From assembly GCA_038087875.1 (NCBI GenBank), contig CM075977.1:61876001-61940000 (forward strand): a stretch of 64,000 bases of DNA, in the 5' to 3' direction. A program made the translations under genes and the position numbers. The DNA comes from Malacoraja senta. Its lineage: Eukaryota. A model generated the notes under the pieces. The model saw only the letters and a program-made list of their open reading frames with translations. It did not search any database and was not told where the DNA came from. Positions 22,979-36,074 of the stretch are shown one piece after another; position 1 is the stretch's first letter, and each line of letters starts with the position of its first letter.

Positions 22979-24585
22979 TAGAGCCAGGATGTTTAGGCAA
23001 TAAAAAACACAGAAATAGGCAGGCAAAATATAAAATTACAAAAAAGGCACGAAAACGGCATTTATTGACAAAAAAGGCATAAAAAGGCATTTATTTCCAC
23101 CACCAAAATATGGTTTAAAATGATAATATAAAGGAATACTACATTAAATGACCAAAGCTGCCTGGTTGCACATAATTACTAGTTTTTTTTCAAATTATCT
23201 GGTGTTAAACTATGCCGTCTGTCAGACAGAAAAACATCTGTCTATCTCAGCTGAGGCCACTGGTGCCTACCCAAAACAAGCTACAGACTCTATATTCATG
23301 TCGATATCTTGTGCATTACAACTACCTTTGAGAACTTTAGATATGTTTTGTATTTCTTCAAGATCTTTGTTCGCTAAAATCACTCTCTCACATTTTCCTT
23401 GTATGTCTTTACCTACATCGCCAGGAACTTTACGAATATCGTCAGTTACTTTGTTGAAAACCTGCAAGTTATTCACTAATGTTTTGCCACGTTCCTCAAG
23501 GGAAGTGATAGCTTGTGGGAAGTTTGCAAAATTGGAAGCAATAAACAGAAGATCGCGGTGGAGGGACTTTTTCTGCACGATTTCACTGACGATCCTGACT
23601 GCAGCAGATTCTCTTCTTCAAAACAGTTGACGATTTCTTTTATCTTTTCAAAATTTGCAGCATAGTAGAGTACAGCAGAGATTCATGTACCGCACTTAGT
23701 CAAAACGGGCTGAGGAGGTAGCGGAATCTCAGGTGCCATTTCCTTGAACAACTGCAAACAGGTGCTTTGAGAAAGATTTTCTTGACATTGGAAACTAGGC
23801 GATCGACATTTGGAAACAAGCTACGTATGTTCTTGGCAATTCTATGAAGTCCTTGAGCTAAGTATGCCAAATGCAACATTTTGGAGAATAAAACTTTAAG
23901 TCACAAACAGAAAAACATTCTCGTGTTTTATACCTCTGGCCAAAGTACAGCAAGTGAAGATATAAACAACTGAGCAATAGTTGAGCTGTTTGACTTCTCC
24001 AATACTTCCGATGATAGCCCTTGTCTGCTCCCTCCTCCCTCCTCCCTCTCCCCCTCCCCCTTCCCAGCTATCCTTCTAGTCCCACTGTCTCCGCCTCTTC
24101 CTTTCTTTTTCCCGCCACCCCCCCACATCAGTCTGAAGAAGGGTCTTGACCCGAAACGTCGCCTATTCTTTCTCTCCATAGATGCTGCCTCACCTGCTGA
24201 GTTTCTCCAGCATTTTTTGTCTACCTTCGATTTTTCAAGCATCTGCAGTTCTTTCTTAAATAGATCTTGGAGAAGATTGAACCAGCGGGCAGCGGCACTA
24301 ACGAATGAATGACCGACGGTGGCGCCCCGGTTTCGCCCCAGTGTTGGAAGTTTTCTTGTAAGTTATACTATGTTAACATGTTAATAATAACATTAATATT
24401 AACATGTTATCATTGAAAATGTCATTGTAATCATGGTACAACGAGAGAAAATAGCACAACCTTTTAGCAAGGCAATAAAAGGCTGATTTAGGCACACGAT
24501 CGTGAACAAGGCATTATTATCGTGGTGAAATCATCAAAAAAGGCATGAAAAGGCACATGGCATTTATGGCAAAATCCTGTCTCTA
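22979..24585 (-). mobile_element. hAT-superfamily DNA transposon with a decayed (CGGBP-like) transposase
   Basis: TIRs TAGAGCCAGGAT and ATCCTGTCTCTA; 8-bp TSD GTCATAA(A/T). Minus-strand remnants include LAQGLHRIA, PLPPQPVLTKCGT, ORF 23267-23578 and APVASAEIDRCFS (hAT dimerisation-like). Confidence 0.8.
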
Positions 24586-24589
24586 GTCA

Positions 24590-26710
24590 TAATTGTATCT
24601 ACACTCTGGATTCCTTTGGCATCTCATTCAAGTTATGGACTACCCTCTGAGTGAAAAAGATGGCCCTGAGGTCCCTTTAAATATCATCCCTTTCGCCTAT
24701 CCCTTCTAGTTTTAGAATCCTCTACCGTGGGGAAAAGACTGAGCATTCACTTTATCCATGCCCCTCATGATCTTCTACACTTCCATTCATTCACCCCTAA
24801 GCTGAAAGGAAAACGTCTCAGCCTATCCAGTTTAACACAAGTCTGCAAGTCCAGCCAGGTATTATCCTGGTGAACAAAAATGCTGGAGAAACTCAGCGGG
24901 TGCGTCATCTGTGGAGCGATGGAAATAGGCAACGTTACGGGCCGAAACCCTTCTTCACGATCACCAGGCCACTATCTCTAGCAACATCACTCACTTCATC
25001 AACTCCGGCTCCCTGCCCCCCCAAGAGAAAAAAACTACGACCATTATCCTGGTGAATCTCTTCTGCACCCTTTCCAACTTAATGACATCTTTCCTGTAGC
25101 TGGGCGACCAGTACTGTACACAGTACTCCAGGTGTGATCTTACAACAACCTTTACAGCTGTATCGAGATGTCCTCATTTATTGTACTCGATACACTTCCC
25201 AATGAAGGCAGCCATGACAAACATCTTCTTCACAACAATGTCGACCTGATGTGGCATTTTCAGGGCACCGTGCACCTGTTCTCTCTGTGTTCTGCAACAC
25301 TCTCCAGGGATCTACCATTGACTGGGTAAGTTCTGCTCTGGTTTAACATATTAAAATGCAACACCTCACATGCAAAGGAAGCTCCCTGAATTAGAAGGGT
25401 TTCAGCTACAGGAAGAGGTTGGATAGACTTGGCCTTTTTTCTCTGGAACGTTAGGGGTTGAGGGGAAAAGTAGGTAGAAGGGTATAAAATTATGAGAGGC
25501 ATAGATAGGATAGACAGTCAGAACCCCTTTCCCAGCGTGGAAATATCCAACACTTGAGGGCATAGCTATAAGGTGAGAGGGGGGAAGCTTAATGGAGATG
25601 TGGGGCAAGCTTTTTTAAATAGATGGTGGTGGGGGCCTGGAATGCATTGTAGGGGTGATGGTGGAGGCAGATAAGGAGGTGGCATTTAAGAGACTTTTAG
25701 GTAGGCACATGGAAGTGCAGGGAATAGAGGGATATGGGTCGTGTGCAGGTAGATTAAATGAGTTCAGCTACGCATCATGTTTGGCACAAACATTGTGGGC
25801 CGAAGGGCCCGTTCCTGTGCTGCACTGTTCTAAGTTACCTGAATGGGCTTGAGCTATCAGGAGAGATTGGATCTGTTTTCACATGTAAAGAAACTGAAAG
25901 GTGGCGTGAGAGAGATATAAAATTATTAGTGGCATAGATAGGATAGATAGCCAGAGTCTGTCTCCCATGGTAGGGTTGTTAGAAACTAGACAGCATTGAT
26001 TTCAGGGGAAGGGGGAGGTTTAAATGGCATCTGAGAGGTACATTTTTCAAGATAATTGGCATTCGGAATGAACTGCCGCAGAACATTGTGAAGGCAGGAA
26101 CAGTAACTGTAACAGTAACTAAGAGGAAACTGAACAGCTACTTGAATGAGCAATGCAGAGAAATGGAATTAATGCAAGCAAGTAGGACTAGTATAGATGA
26201 GCATGAGAGACAGTAGAGATGCAATGCTGCTTCTGAGTTGCACAACTCTAACACTCTATCACATTAGTCAGTCTTCACCGTAGATGCTCTATTCAGTTTT
26301 GGTCAACACATGATAAGAAGGCTGTGTACACTAGAGAGGCTGGCAGGGAGAATTGAGGATGTTGTTAGGACTGGAAAGTGTTTAGCTGTAGAAGGGAAAC
26401 AAAATGGATAGGGCTCTCCTTTTTGGAATAAGCTTGAGGGAAGATTCAATTGATGTATATAATAGGTTCTTCCTAGTTCCTACTCTTTAATTGAGGAATC
26501 AAGGGCCAGGAGATATAAATCCAAGGTCGGCGGTAGAAGGATTAGAAGTGAGATAAAGAAACACTTTTTCATGTAATGGTTGGTAGGCGTCTGGAATTTG
26601 CTGTTTGAGAGAGTGGCAGAGGCAGGAATTACAAAGCACTTGCAGGACTCAGTGCTAGATGACTGGAGTAGGTAGTGTAACTCTTTCTTGACCAGTATGG
26701 ACACAGTGGG
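24590..26710. mobile_element. Cluster of degraded CR1 3' fragments in both orientations
   Basis: Several decayed copies of the CR1 RT C-terminal and 3' UTR sequence (e.g. ORFs 25260-25502 and 25655-25852). Confidence 0.65.
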
Positions 26711-26899
26711 TCATAAATTTTCAAAGTTACAAAAGACTATGCACTTTTTGCAACTGTACAACAAAGGATACAATTAAACAATTAATACTACAACACACTT
26801 TTAATCACTCATAAAAAGATATTGCTCAGTAGCACAATAAATTTTCCAACCAACTAGGTCAAGTTTCAAGGGAATTACGGAGGGAGTATTACGTGTAAT

Positions 26900-27240
26900 A
26901 AAGGGAGTGCAGGAACCATGGCTCCACCTCATGGGCACCAGGGCCTGAAGACATAAGAGAGAGCAGAGGAACGGCGGCCCCAGTGCATTAAAGGGAGCAT
27001 AGGAACTGGGACCCTAGTGCATTAAAAGGAGCATCGGAACTTAAGCCCTGGTTCATTAAAAGGAGCATAGGTACTGAAGGCCTGGTGCATTAGAGGGAGC
27101 AAGAGAACCAGGGCCCTGGTGTATTATAGAGAGGAGAATGGTGACCCTAATGCATTAGAGGGAGCAGGATGACTTGGACATTGGTGCAATAGACGGAGTA
27201 TGGGTACTGTGGCAGCAGGGGAACCAGGGGCCCCGGTGTG
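26900..27240. repeat. Degenerate ~35-37 bp minisatellite
   Basis: Recurring GGGCCCTGGTGCATTAGAGGGAGCA-like units. Confidence 0.65.
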
Positions 27241-28909
27241 TGAGTGTGGGTGTCAGCCAGTGAACCAGAAACCAAACTGCCAGGATTTCCATATAATTGG
27301 AATGCAGTTTTGCCCGAGTTTTACTCTTAGTATGTCTGAATATAGGCACTTTCCTTTCTCATAGAGTGATAGAGTCATATAGCGTGGAAACAGGCACTTC
27401 AGCCCAACTTGCCTACACCGACCAACATGTCCCATCTACACTAGTCCAACTTGCCTCCTTCACACATCCTTCCTGAGGCTGCCTCGGCAAGTCCAGCAGC
27501 ATAATCAAGGATGAGTCACACTCTGGCTATTCCCTCTTCTCCCCTCTTCCATCAGACAAAAGGTATAAAGTGTGAAAACGCACACCTCCAGATGCAGAGA
27601 TAATTTCTTCTCAGTTGTTATCAGGCAACTGAATCATCCTGCCACAACCAGAGAGCAGTCCTGAACCACTATCTTCCTCATTGGTGACCCTTGGACTATC
27701 CTTGATCGGACTTTGCTGGCTTTACCTTACACTAAATGTTATTCTTTTATATACTGTAAATGGCTCGATTGTAATCATGTTTTGTCTTTCTGCTGAATGG
27801 ACATACAATAATAAGTTTTTCACTGTACCTCAGTACATGAGACAATAAACTAAACTAAACTGAACTAATTAGCAAGAATATGTTTTCAGCGTTGTCTTGC
27901 TTTGTTTGTCAGTGCTTTGAAAAGGCTGCATCAAGTTTGCTTACTTGACATGCATGAAAATGGGTGAATGCCAACTCACTTCTGATCCCCATCATAGTGC
28001 AATAGTCTGCCAAGATGTATTTGTTAGCATATATTAAAAAATAGCTAGGCACAGGAGGCATACAAGTAAAATCACCAAAAATCACAAGAACCCACTTTTG
28101 AACGGGGAGGTGAATTGGAATGATATTTTCTACAGGAGAGCAAGTCCACTTTATTTAAAACATTTTAACCGATTAGTGAGGCCGAATGTACATTTAATAA
28201 GTCAAGAAAGTCACCACCATGCAGCATGACAGTGGTTAAACATTCTGCTTTCTGGTTAAATGCTTAGATCAATCAATGCAGATACAGAGGAGAGGAAAAT
28301 GCATTACGTCATTGCTTGATTTCACAGCTGACTGAACACCAAATTTATCTGCATTCGGTTTCCCAAACCCCTGGTGAACAAATCCTACACAGAACAAAGA
28401 TAGTCTAAACACAGCCTAAACATGCCGAACATCCTGCTGCCGAACATTATCAGTTGATAATTAATGTACTTTACATAGCAACACAATTAAAAAAGGCATG
28501 ATTTTAACAATTTATTCATTCGATTAAAATGCTTAAATTTCTTTATCTTATAGACAAGCAATTTGTGACTGTTAACCAAACAACTAAGAATCAATCTTTA
28601 TCAAACCACTTCTGTGCATCTTTGTGTGGTGTCCTTGTACTGATACTGCAGTGAACAAATTAGTACATCCTTGGCACTTTCACACAGCAAGTGGAGACCA
28701 TATTTATATCTGAAGTGGGAAGCGGCATCAGCCATTGATTTTGTGCAGATCCTTTTGCCCACTTATAGTCCTTTCAGGGTTAGGTAATAAATCTCTCAGG
28801 TGTAAGATAATATTCTATTATGTATTATGAAGATTGCTGCTCATTTGGTACACGTTAAACACAAAGCAAGAAAAGTGCAACGTGATAAAAAGCACAATGA
28901 AGTCCAATT

Positions 28910-29112
28910 CAAATCACAAGTGCTAGAGGAAATCAGTGAGTTGACAGAATGGACAGATGATGTTTTGGATCGGGACCCTTCTTCAGACTGAAGAAGGATC
29001 CCGACCTGAAACGCCGCCTGGCCATTCCTCTCCCCCCCCCCAACGCTGCCTGACCAGCTGAGTTCCTCTACCAAATTCTGTTTTGTTCAAGATTCCAGTT
29101 TCACATGTCTCT
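28910..29112. mobile_element. Palindromic hammerhead-motif Penelope mini-element
   Basis: CCTTCTTCAGACTGAAGAAGG fold-back centre; GAAGTCCAATT duplicated at 28899-28909 and 29116-29126. Confidence 0.75.
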
Positions 29113-29954
29113 AACGAAGTCCAATTGTTATCTTAAGAAAGCTAAATACTGTGCAGCTAATACATTTTCTGCACAAATTAGAGATTGAAGCACTTCATTT
29201 TGTTTAGAAATATCAATGTGCCCAATGAATTCAAAAGCTACATGTGTCTAAGGACAATTATTTTCCACAAATCACTGGAAATTCTGTAGGGATTCATTTG
29301 AACAACAGGATATAAATGTACAAAACATTTTAAAGAATCCGTTATAAATTTCTCCAAACATGAAGCTAAAAGTGCAATATGGGTGTTATTCAAAAATGAT
29401 CTTATTCAAATTCATCATCTTTGGGTAAGGAAGAAAACATTAGCAACAGATTGGGGAATCTTGAAAGATTTTCTCACAGGGAAATTATGCTCTTGCCATC
29501 TTTACTTCGCTTGCCTGAAAATAACTGTTTTAAGTGCACACTTGCACACAGCATTATGCAATGCATTAAAGCTGAGAACAACTGGAGACAAATTGCTTTG
29601 GCATCAATTTTCAGGAAAGAAAATGTAGCACGCCAATGAAAGCAAACGGACACATGACACCACTGATCTCAAAACATTTGTCGATCGTATTAAAGAGAAA
29701 TTAATATGTTGAATGGAACAATACCTCTTGAGCACAAGCCTAAAGATTTTACTCTGTAAATTGCACCCTGAATGCAATGGACTTTACTAAAACCTTACTA
29801 AAATTCCTTGACTGATTGATAATTAGTTGTCACATGTCCTTGGTACAGTGAAATTCTTTGTTTTGCATGCAATACACAATTATGCAAAGAGTAAACCAGC
29901 ATCTGCCATTCCTTCGATAGACACAAGGAGCTGGAGTAACTCAGCAGGTCTAGT

Positions 29955-30262
29955 TGGGTTTAGTTTAGAAAGACAGTGTGGAAACAGGTCCTTCAACCCA
30001 CCGAGTCCGCACCGACCAGCGATCCCTACACATCAACACTTATCCACACACACTAGGGACAATTTACAATTATACCACGGCAATTAACCTACAAATCTCT
30101 ACGTCTTTGGAGTGTGGGAGGAAACCGGAGATCCTGGAGAAAACCCACGCTGGTTACGTGGAGAACGTACAAACTCCGTACAGGCAAGCACCCGTAGTCA
30201 GGATCAAACCCAGGTCTCTGGCACTGTAAGGCAGCGTCTCTACCGCGGTGCCACCGTGCCGT
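29955..30262 (-). mobile_element. tRNA-derived SINE (HE1-like)
   Basis: Reverse complement of the SINE head, core and tail. Confidence 0.8.
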
Positions 30263-30704
30263 CCTAAAGGTCAGGCAGCATTTATGGAAAAAAGGTATAA
30301 ATGACATTTCTTGTCGGAACCTCCTTCAGGCATACATCCTTTCCATTTTTTGATTGCCACCATCCTTTCCTACTTCTTTTTGCTACTTCTGGAGCCTGAT
30401 GTCAATTCCCCCCAAACACACATCAAGATTCCTTCCTCAATTTGTCTTTCCTGGTTAAATTGGGGGTGAATCCCTGATGCAGATAATATCCTTAGATTTC
30501 CAAAAGTAATTCAGTAACATACCATACTAAAGGTTATTGTGCAAAATAACAGCTCGTGGCGTAGGTGGTGCTACATTGTGTTGGATGAAAGATTAGCTCG
30601 CTAACAATAAGTTACTTTTGGTTGACAAAACGTGACATGTCACAGTAATTGGTGCGGGGGCCTTAACTTTTTTAATTGAAAAGAAACATGCAGAATATAG
30701 TGTT

Positions 30705-33015
30705 TAAGAAGGAAGTGTAGATGCTGGAAAAGCAAAGGTAGACAAAAGTGCTGGAGAAACTCAGCGGGTGCAGCAGCTTCTATGGAGTGAAGGAAAAAGG
30801 CAACGTTTCGGGCCGAAACCCTTCTTCAGGCCGATGTAGGCTGGGGGGGGGGGGGGTGGGGAGAAGAAAGGAGAAAGGAAGAGGAGGAGCCCGAGGGCTG
30901 AGGGAGAGATGAGAATGGGGAGGAGGGGAGGTGGGGAGGAGACAGCAAGGGCTACCGGAAATTGGAGAAGTCAATGTTTATGCCGCTAGGGTGCAGACTG
31001 CCCAAGCGGAATATGAGGTGCTGCTCCTCCAATTTCCGGTGGTGCTTACTCTGGCCATGGAGGAGGCCCAGGACAGAAAGGTTGGATTCGGAATGGGAGG
31101 GGGAGTTGAAGTGCCGAGCCACAGGGAGATCAGGTTGGTTAATGCGGACCGAGCGGAGGTGTTCGGCGAAATGATCGCCAAGCCTACACTTGGTCTCACC
31201 GATGTAGATCAGCTGACATCTAGAGCAGCAGATGCAATGGATGAGGTTGGAGGAGATGCAGTAGATCAGCTGACATTTGTATTTCTAAACCCATCCCCAA
31301 CCTCTACCTCCGCTACATCGACGATACCGAACTTATTTCCACATACCTTGACTCAATCCTATCCCCCTGGTTAAATCCCTCCCTACCTATGTTCAAGACA
31401 CCTCAGACACTCTCCGTCGTCTCCGGGCATTCCATTCTCTAGGCCCCCATCCCCTCATCTTCACTATGGATGTCCAGTCACTCTACACCTCCATCCCCAC
31501 CAGGAGGGTCTCAAAGCCCTCCGGTTCTTCCTCGACCGGAGAACCAACCAATCCCCGTCTACAGATACTCTCCGCCTACCGGAGCTCGTCCTTACCCTTA
31601 AGAACTTCTATCCAATAGGAGGAAATCCTCCCATTTCCTCCAAATACAGGCGTAGCCATGGGCACGCGCATGGGCCCCAGCTATACCTGCCTCTTTGTAA
31701 GGTACGTCGAACAATCCTTGTTCGAGACGTACCAGGGCCCCATCCCCGACCTCTACCTCCGCTACATCGATGAATCACCACTAACTGCGGTGCTGGCTCG
31801 AACGGCCGAATGGCCTCCTCCTGCACCTATTTTCTATTTTCTATGTTAACTTCCATCCGGCACTCAAATACACCTGGACCATTTCTTGACCTCACTATCT
31901 CCATCGCAGGTGATAGACCTCTGACCGACATCCACTATAAGCCCACTGGCTATCTAGACTACACTTCTTCCCACCCTGCTTCCTGTAAGGACTCCATCCC
32001 CTACTCCCAATTCCTCCATCTACGCCGCCATCTGCTCCCAGGATGAGGTGTTCCACACCAGGGCATCGGAAATGTCCTCATTCTTCAGGGAACGGGGGTT
32101 CCCCTCCCCTACTATAGATGACGTTCTTACCAGGGTCACTTCCATACCCCATAACACTGCTCTCTCTCCCCCATCCCCCCCACTCGTAACAAGGGCAGAG
32201 TCCCCCTAGTCCTCACCTTTCACCCCACTAGCTGTCACATACAACAAATAGTCCTCCGTCATTTTCGCCACCTCCAACGTGACCCCACCACTCGCCACAT
32301 CTTCCCATCTCCCCCCTGTCTGCTTTCCGCAAAGACTGCGCCCTCCGGAACTCCCTGGTCAATTTTTCCCTTTTCTCCCGCACCACTCCCTCCCCGGGCA
32401 CTTTCCCTTGCAACCGCAAGAGATGCTACACTTGTCGCTTTACCTCCCCCCTCGACTCCATTCAAAGACCCAAGCAGTCGTTCCAGGTGTGACAGAGGTT
32501 CACCTGCACCTCCTCCAACTTCATCTATTGCATCCGCTGCTCTAAATGTCAGCTGATCTACATCGGTGAGACCAAGCGTAGGCTTGGCGATCATTTCGCC
32601 GAACACCTCCGCTCGGTCCGCATTAACCAACCTGATCTCCCTGTGGCTCAGCACTTCAACTCCCCCTCCAATTCTGAATTCGACCTTTCTGTCCTGGGCC
32701 TCCTCCATGGCCAGAGTGAACATCACTGGAAATTGGAGGAGCAGCACCTCATATTCCGCTTGGGCAGTTTGCACCCTAGCGGCATAAACATTGACTTCTC
32801 CAATTTCCAGTAGCCCTTGCTGTCTCCTCCCCTCCTCCCTTCTCAGCTCTCCTTCAGCCCTCGGGCTCCTCCTCTTCCTTTCTCCTTTCTTCTCCCACCC
32901 CCCCCCCCCAGCCTACATCAGTCTGAAGAAGGGTTTTCGGCCCGAAACGTTGCCTATTTCCTTCGCTCCATAGATGCTGCTGCACCCGCTGAGTTTCTCC
33001 AGCACTTTTGTCTAC
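30705..33015 (+). mobile_element. Penelope-like element with an inverted partial copy at the 5' side (inverted pLTR arrangement)
   Basis: RT motifs FTMDVQSLYTSIP, AMGTRMGPSY and LRYIDE; GIY-YIG at about 32500-32790. Inverted 3' copy at 30705-31260. Exact 18-bp TSD CATGCAGAATATAGTGTT (30687-30704 and 33016-33033). Confidence 0.92.
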
Positions 33016-33129
33016 CATGCAGAATATAGTGTTATGCCTACATAATCCTTGAATCTGCTGGTACTCCATTTCACTCTGCACTGGACAAATTAGACAATAA
33101 AAACACATATTGTCGATATGGTTCACTGT

Positions 33130-34020
33130 TGTTCATTGACTAATACTCAGCATTCAAGACCATTATCCCCTCATCAAACGCGAACTAGATCTATAGAATT
33201 GTCTCTAAGCAACTAGGTTCCTGACTTCCTCGTTGGCAGACCATAAACTGTACGAATTGGCAACAACATTTCCCCTTAATGACGATCGGCACAGGAGCAC
33301 CTCAAGGCTATGTGCTCAGTCTCCTGCTCTGCTCTCTCTACGACGTGATCGTGTAGCCAGATACAGCTGTAATGTCATCTTTAAATGCCCCAGCAATACC
33401 ACCGTTGTTGGACATATAACAGATAATGATGAGTCAAAGTAGAGGGAGGAGGTTGATAATATAATTTAATGGTGCGGTGCCAGAACAACAATCTTGTTCT
33501 CAATATTAACAAGCCCAAGGTGCTGATTGTTGACTTCAGGAAGGGAAATCTGAGCATCCATGATCCTGTCTTCATTGATGGGACAGCAGTGGAGAGAGTC
33601 AAATGCTTCAAGTTCCTGGATACGCATATCTCTTAAGATCTGTCCTGAACCCACCATGTTGAGGCAATCACAAAGAAAACTCATCAATCTCCTCAATCTA
33701 CCTCCTGAGTAGATTGAGGAGATTTGGTATGTTGTATCTCTGCCTGGTTCAGTAACTTGAATGCCTAGGAACAAAGGAGGCTGAAGAAAGTGGTAGAAGT
33801 TGCCTGGTCCATCACAGGTATTGACCTTCCCAGCACTGAAGGGATCTACAGGATTTGTTGCCTCAAAATAGGCAGCTAATATCATCAAAGATCCACACCA
33901 CTCTGGCCACGCTCTAATTTCTACTACTATCAGGAAATAGGTACGTGAGAACCATGACCTCCACATGCACAAATATAGTTTCTTCTCAGCAACCATCAGG
34001 GTCTTGAACACTAGACAACA
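33130..34020 (+). mobile_element. Degraded Rex1/Babar-type LINE fragment
   Basis: GAPQG..LSP, WCQNNNL and VDFRKG..FKFLG-like remnants. Confidence 0.7.
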
Positions 34021-34269
34021 CCAAGCACAACCCTACCTCAGCAAATATTGTATTGTATTGTATTGTATATCTTTATTGTTATTTCCTGAGTATTCGCATA
34101 CCCAGAGGAAACAAAAAAACGTTCCTCAACCAGTGTCCATTTCAGTGTGTGCAGTAAAAAATAAATAGAAGTAAAAATATGATGTACTATAGACTTTGTT
34201 TTGCTTGCTATACAGCCTTTGGCTTTGTACTATTATTGTCTGCTTACCCAGTATTACTGATTGTTAATT

Positions 34270-35205
34270 TCAGATTCAGATTCAGATTCAAATTCAACTT
34301 TATTGTCATTGTGCAGTGTACAGTACAGAGACAACGAAATGCAGTTAGCATCTCCCTAGAAGAGCGACATAAATTTGAGCAATAAATAAATCTAATAAAT
34401 CCTGGTTGGAAAGAGTGTCCGGGGGGGGGGGGGGGGGATTGGCAGTCACCGAGGTACAGTGTTGAGTAGTGTAACAGCCGCAGGGAAGAAGCTGTTCCTG
34501 GACCTGCTGGTCTGACAACGGAGAGACCTGTAGCGCCTCCCGGGTGGTAGGAGGGTAAACAGTCTGTGGTTGGGGTGAGAGCAGTCCTTGGCAATGCTGA
34601 GCGACCTTCGCAGACAACGCTTGCTTTGGACAGATTCAATGGAGGGGAGTGAGGAACCGGTGATGCGTTGGGCAATTTTCACCACCCTCTGCAGTGCTTT
34701 CCGGTCGGAGACAGAGCAGTTGCCATACCATACTGTGATGCAGTTGGTAAGGATGATGCTCTCGATGGTGCAGCGGTAGAAGTTCACCAGAATCTGAGGA
34801 GACAGATGGACCTTCTTTAGTCTCCTCGGGAAGAAGAGACGTTGGTGAGCCTTCTTGACCAGAGTTGAGGTATTGTGGGTCCAAGAGAGGTCATCGGAGA
34901 TGTTGACCCCCAGGAACCTGAAGCTGGAACGTTCCACCTCCGTCCGTTAATGTGGATGGGGGTAGGCATCCGCCCCTAGACATCCTGAAGTCTACAATGA
35001 GCTCCTTGGTCTTCTTGGAGTTAAGGGCCAGGTTGTTGTCAGCGCACCATGCTGCTAGGAGCTGGACCTCCTCCCTATAGGCCGATTCATACTTGTTGTT
35101 GATGAGGCCAATCACCGTTGTATCATCTGCATACTTGATGATGGTGTTAGTACCATGTATGGGTGTGCAGTCGTAGGTGAAGAGGGAGTAGAGGAGGGGG
35201 CTCAC
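34270..35205 (-). mobile_element. Rex1/Babar LINE 3' fragment
   Basis: SPLLYSLFTYDC, KYADDTT, KTKELIVDFR, KKAHQRLFF and FYRCTIESI motifs; tail ATTTCGTT...AATGACAATAAA(GAATCT)n. Confidence 0.9.
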
Positions 35206-36074
35206 AATACAATTTATTGTATTATTGATTATTGCATTTATATTTGTTGTGTTATAGTGTTAATGGACCTGTAAAGCTGCAACAAGTATACATTTCATTG
35301 TTACATTGCCTATTCATATGATAATTAAACACTCTTGAAATCACTGTTTGAAATGTCTTGTTTTTTGAATGCTAAAGAAAAATATAGATTTGTCTTTGAT
35401 GCAAAACATTGTTATAAAAATAATTATGAAAAAAAAGGCCTGGATTTTTGTAATTAAAAAAAATGTTCTCTATTTTTATTGGTGTAATGCCTCAAACATT
35501 CTTGTCTTGGTGGACAAATTGTATAATTTACCTTTACGATGAATTTGTACGTATTGCAGTATCATGTATTCAGCAGTAGAGGGTCCTGCTGGGTTATCTT
35601 GATATTACCGTATACTTCAGTGCTGGAAATGGGTATTGGTCGCTTTCTATGGGTATTTGCTGTGGTCTATGGTTCTTACCAGAACTGCCAGAATTCAGCC
35701 ATTCAGAACGATGCAAGTCTGTAAAGCAGGGCTTCCTGACTGATCAGGAGAGATAATCTGTCAAATTCTCCCATTGCTGATTTCCTATGGGGTTTGATGG
35801 TGAGGCGATCTTCCAAAAGATACCTCAGCATTTGTTCAAGAATAGCCACTCTGATCCTTCACTTCAGCTGGGCAACAGACAATACCCAATTGATTTCAAC
35901 ACGTCTTCCGTACTCCCAGAATTCGAGGGAATAGCTAAATTGGATTATTTATTCCCAAATCATTATTTTTCTTCTTCATTTTAATTGTCTCTAAATGCTT
36001 TCGCTTTTTTTTATAAATTAACTTTAATTTTTATTTTAGCATTTTGTGATTATTTACCTGAATTATAATAGTTA

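Noticed and set aside
26900-27240. Repeat array superficially like a CRISPR locus (also 52552-52706)
   Set aside because: Eukaryotic context, degenerate repeats, no unique constant-length spacers and no cas genes.
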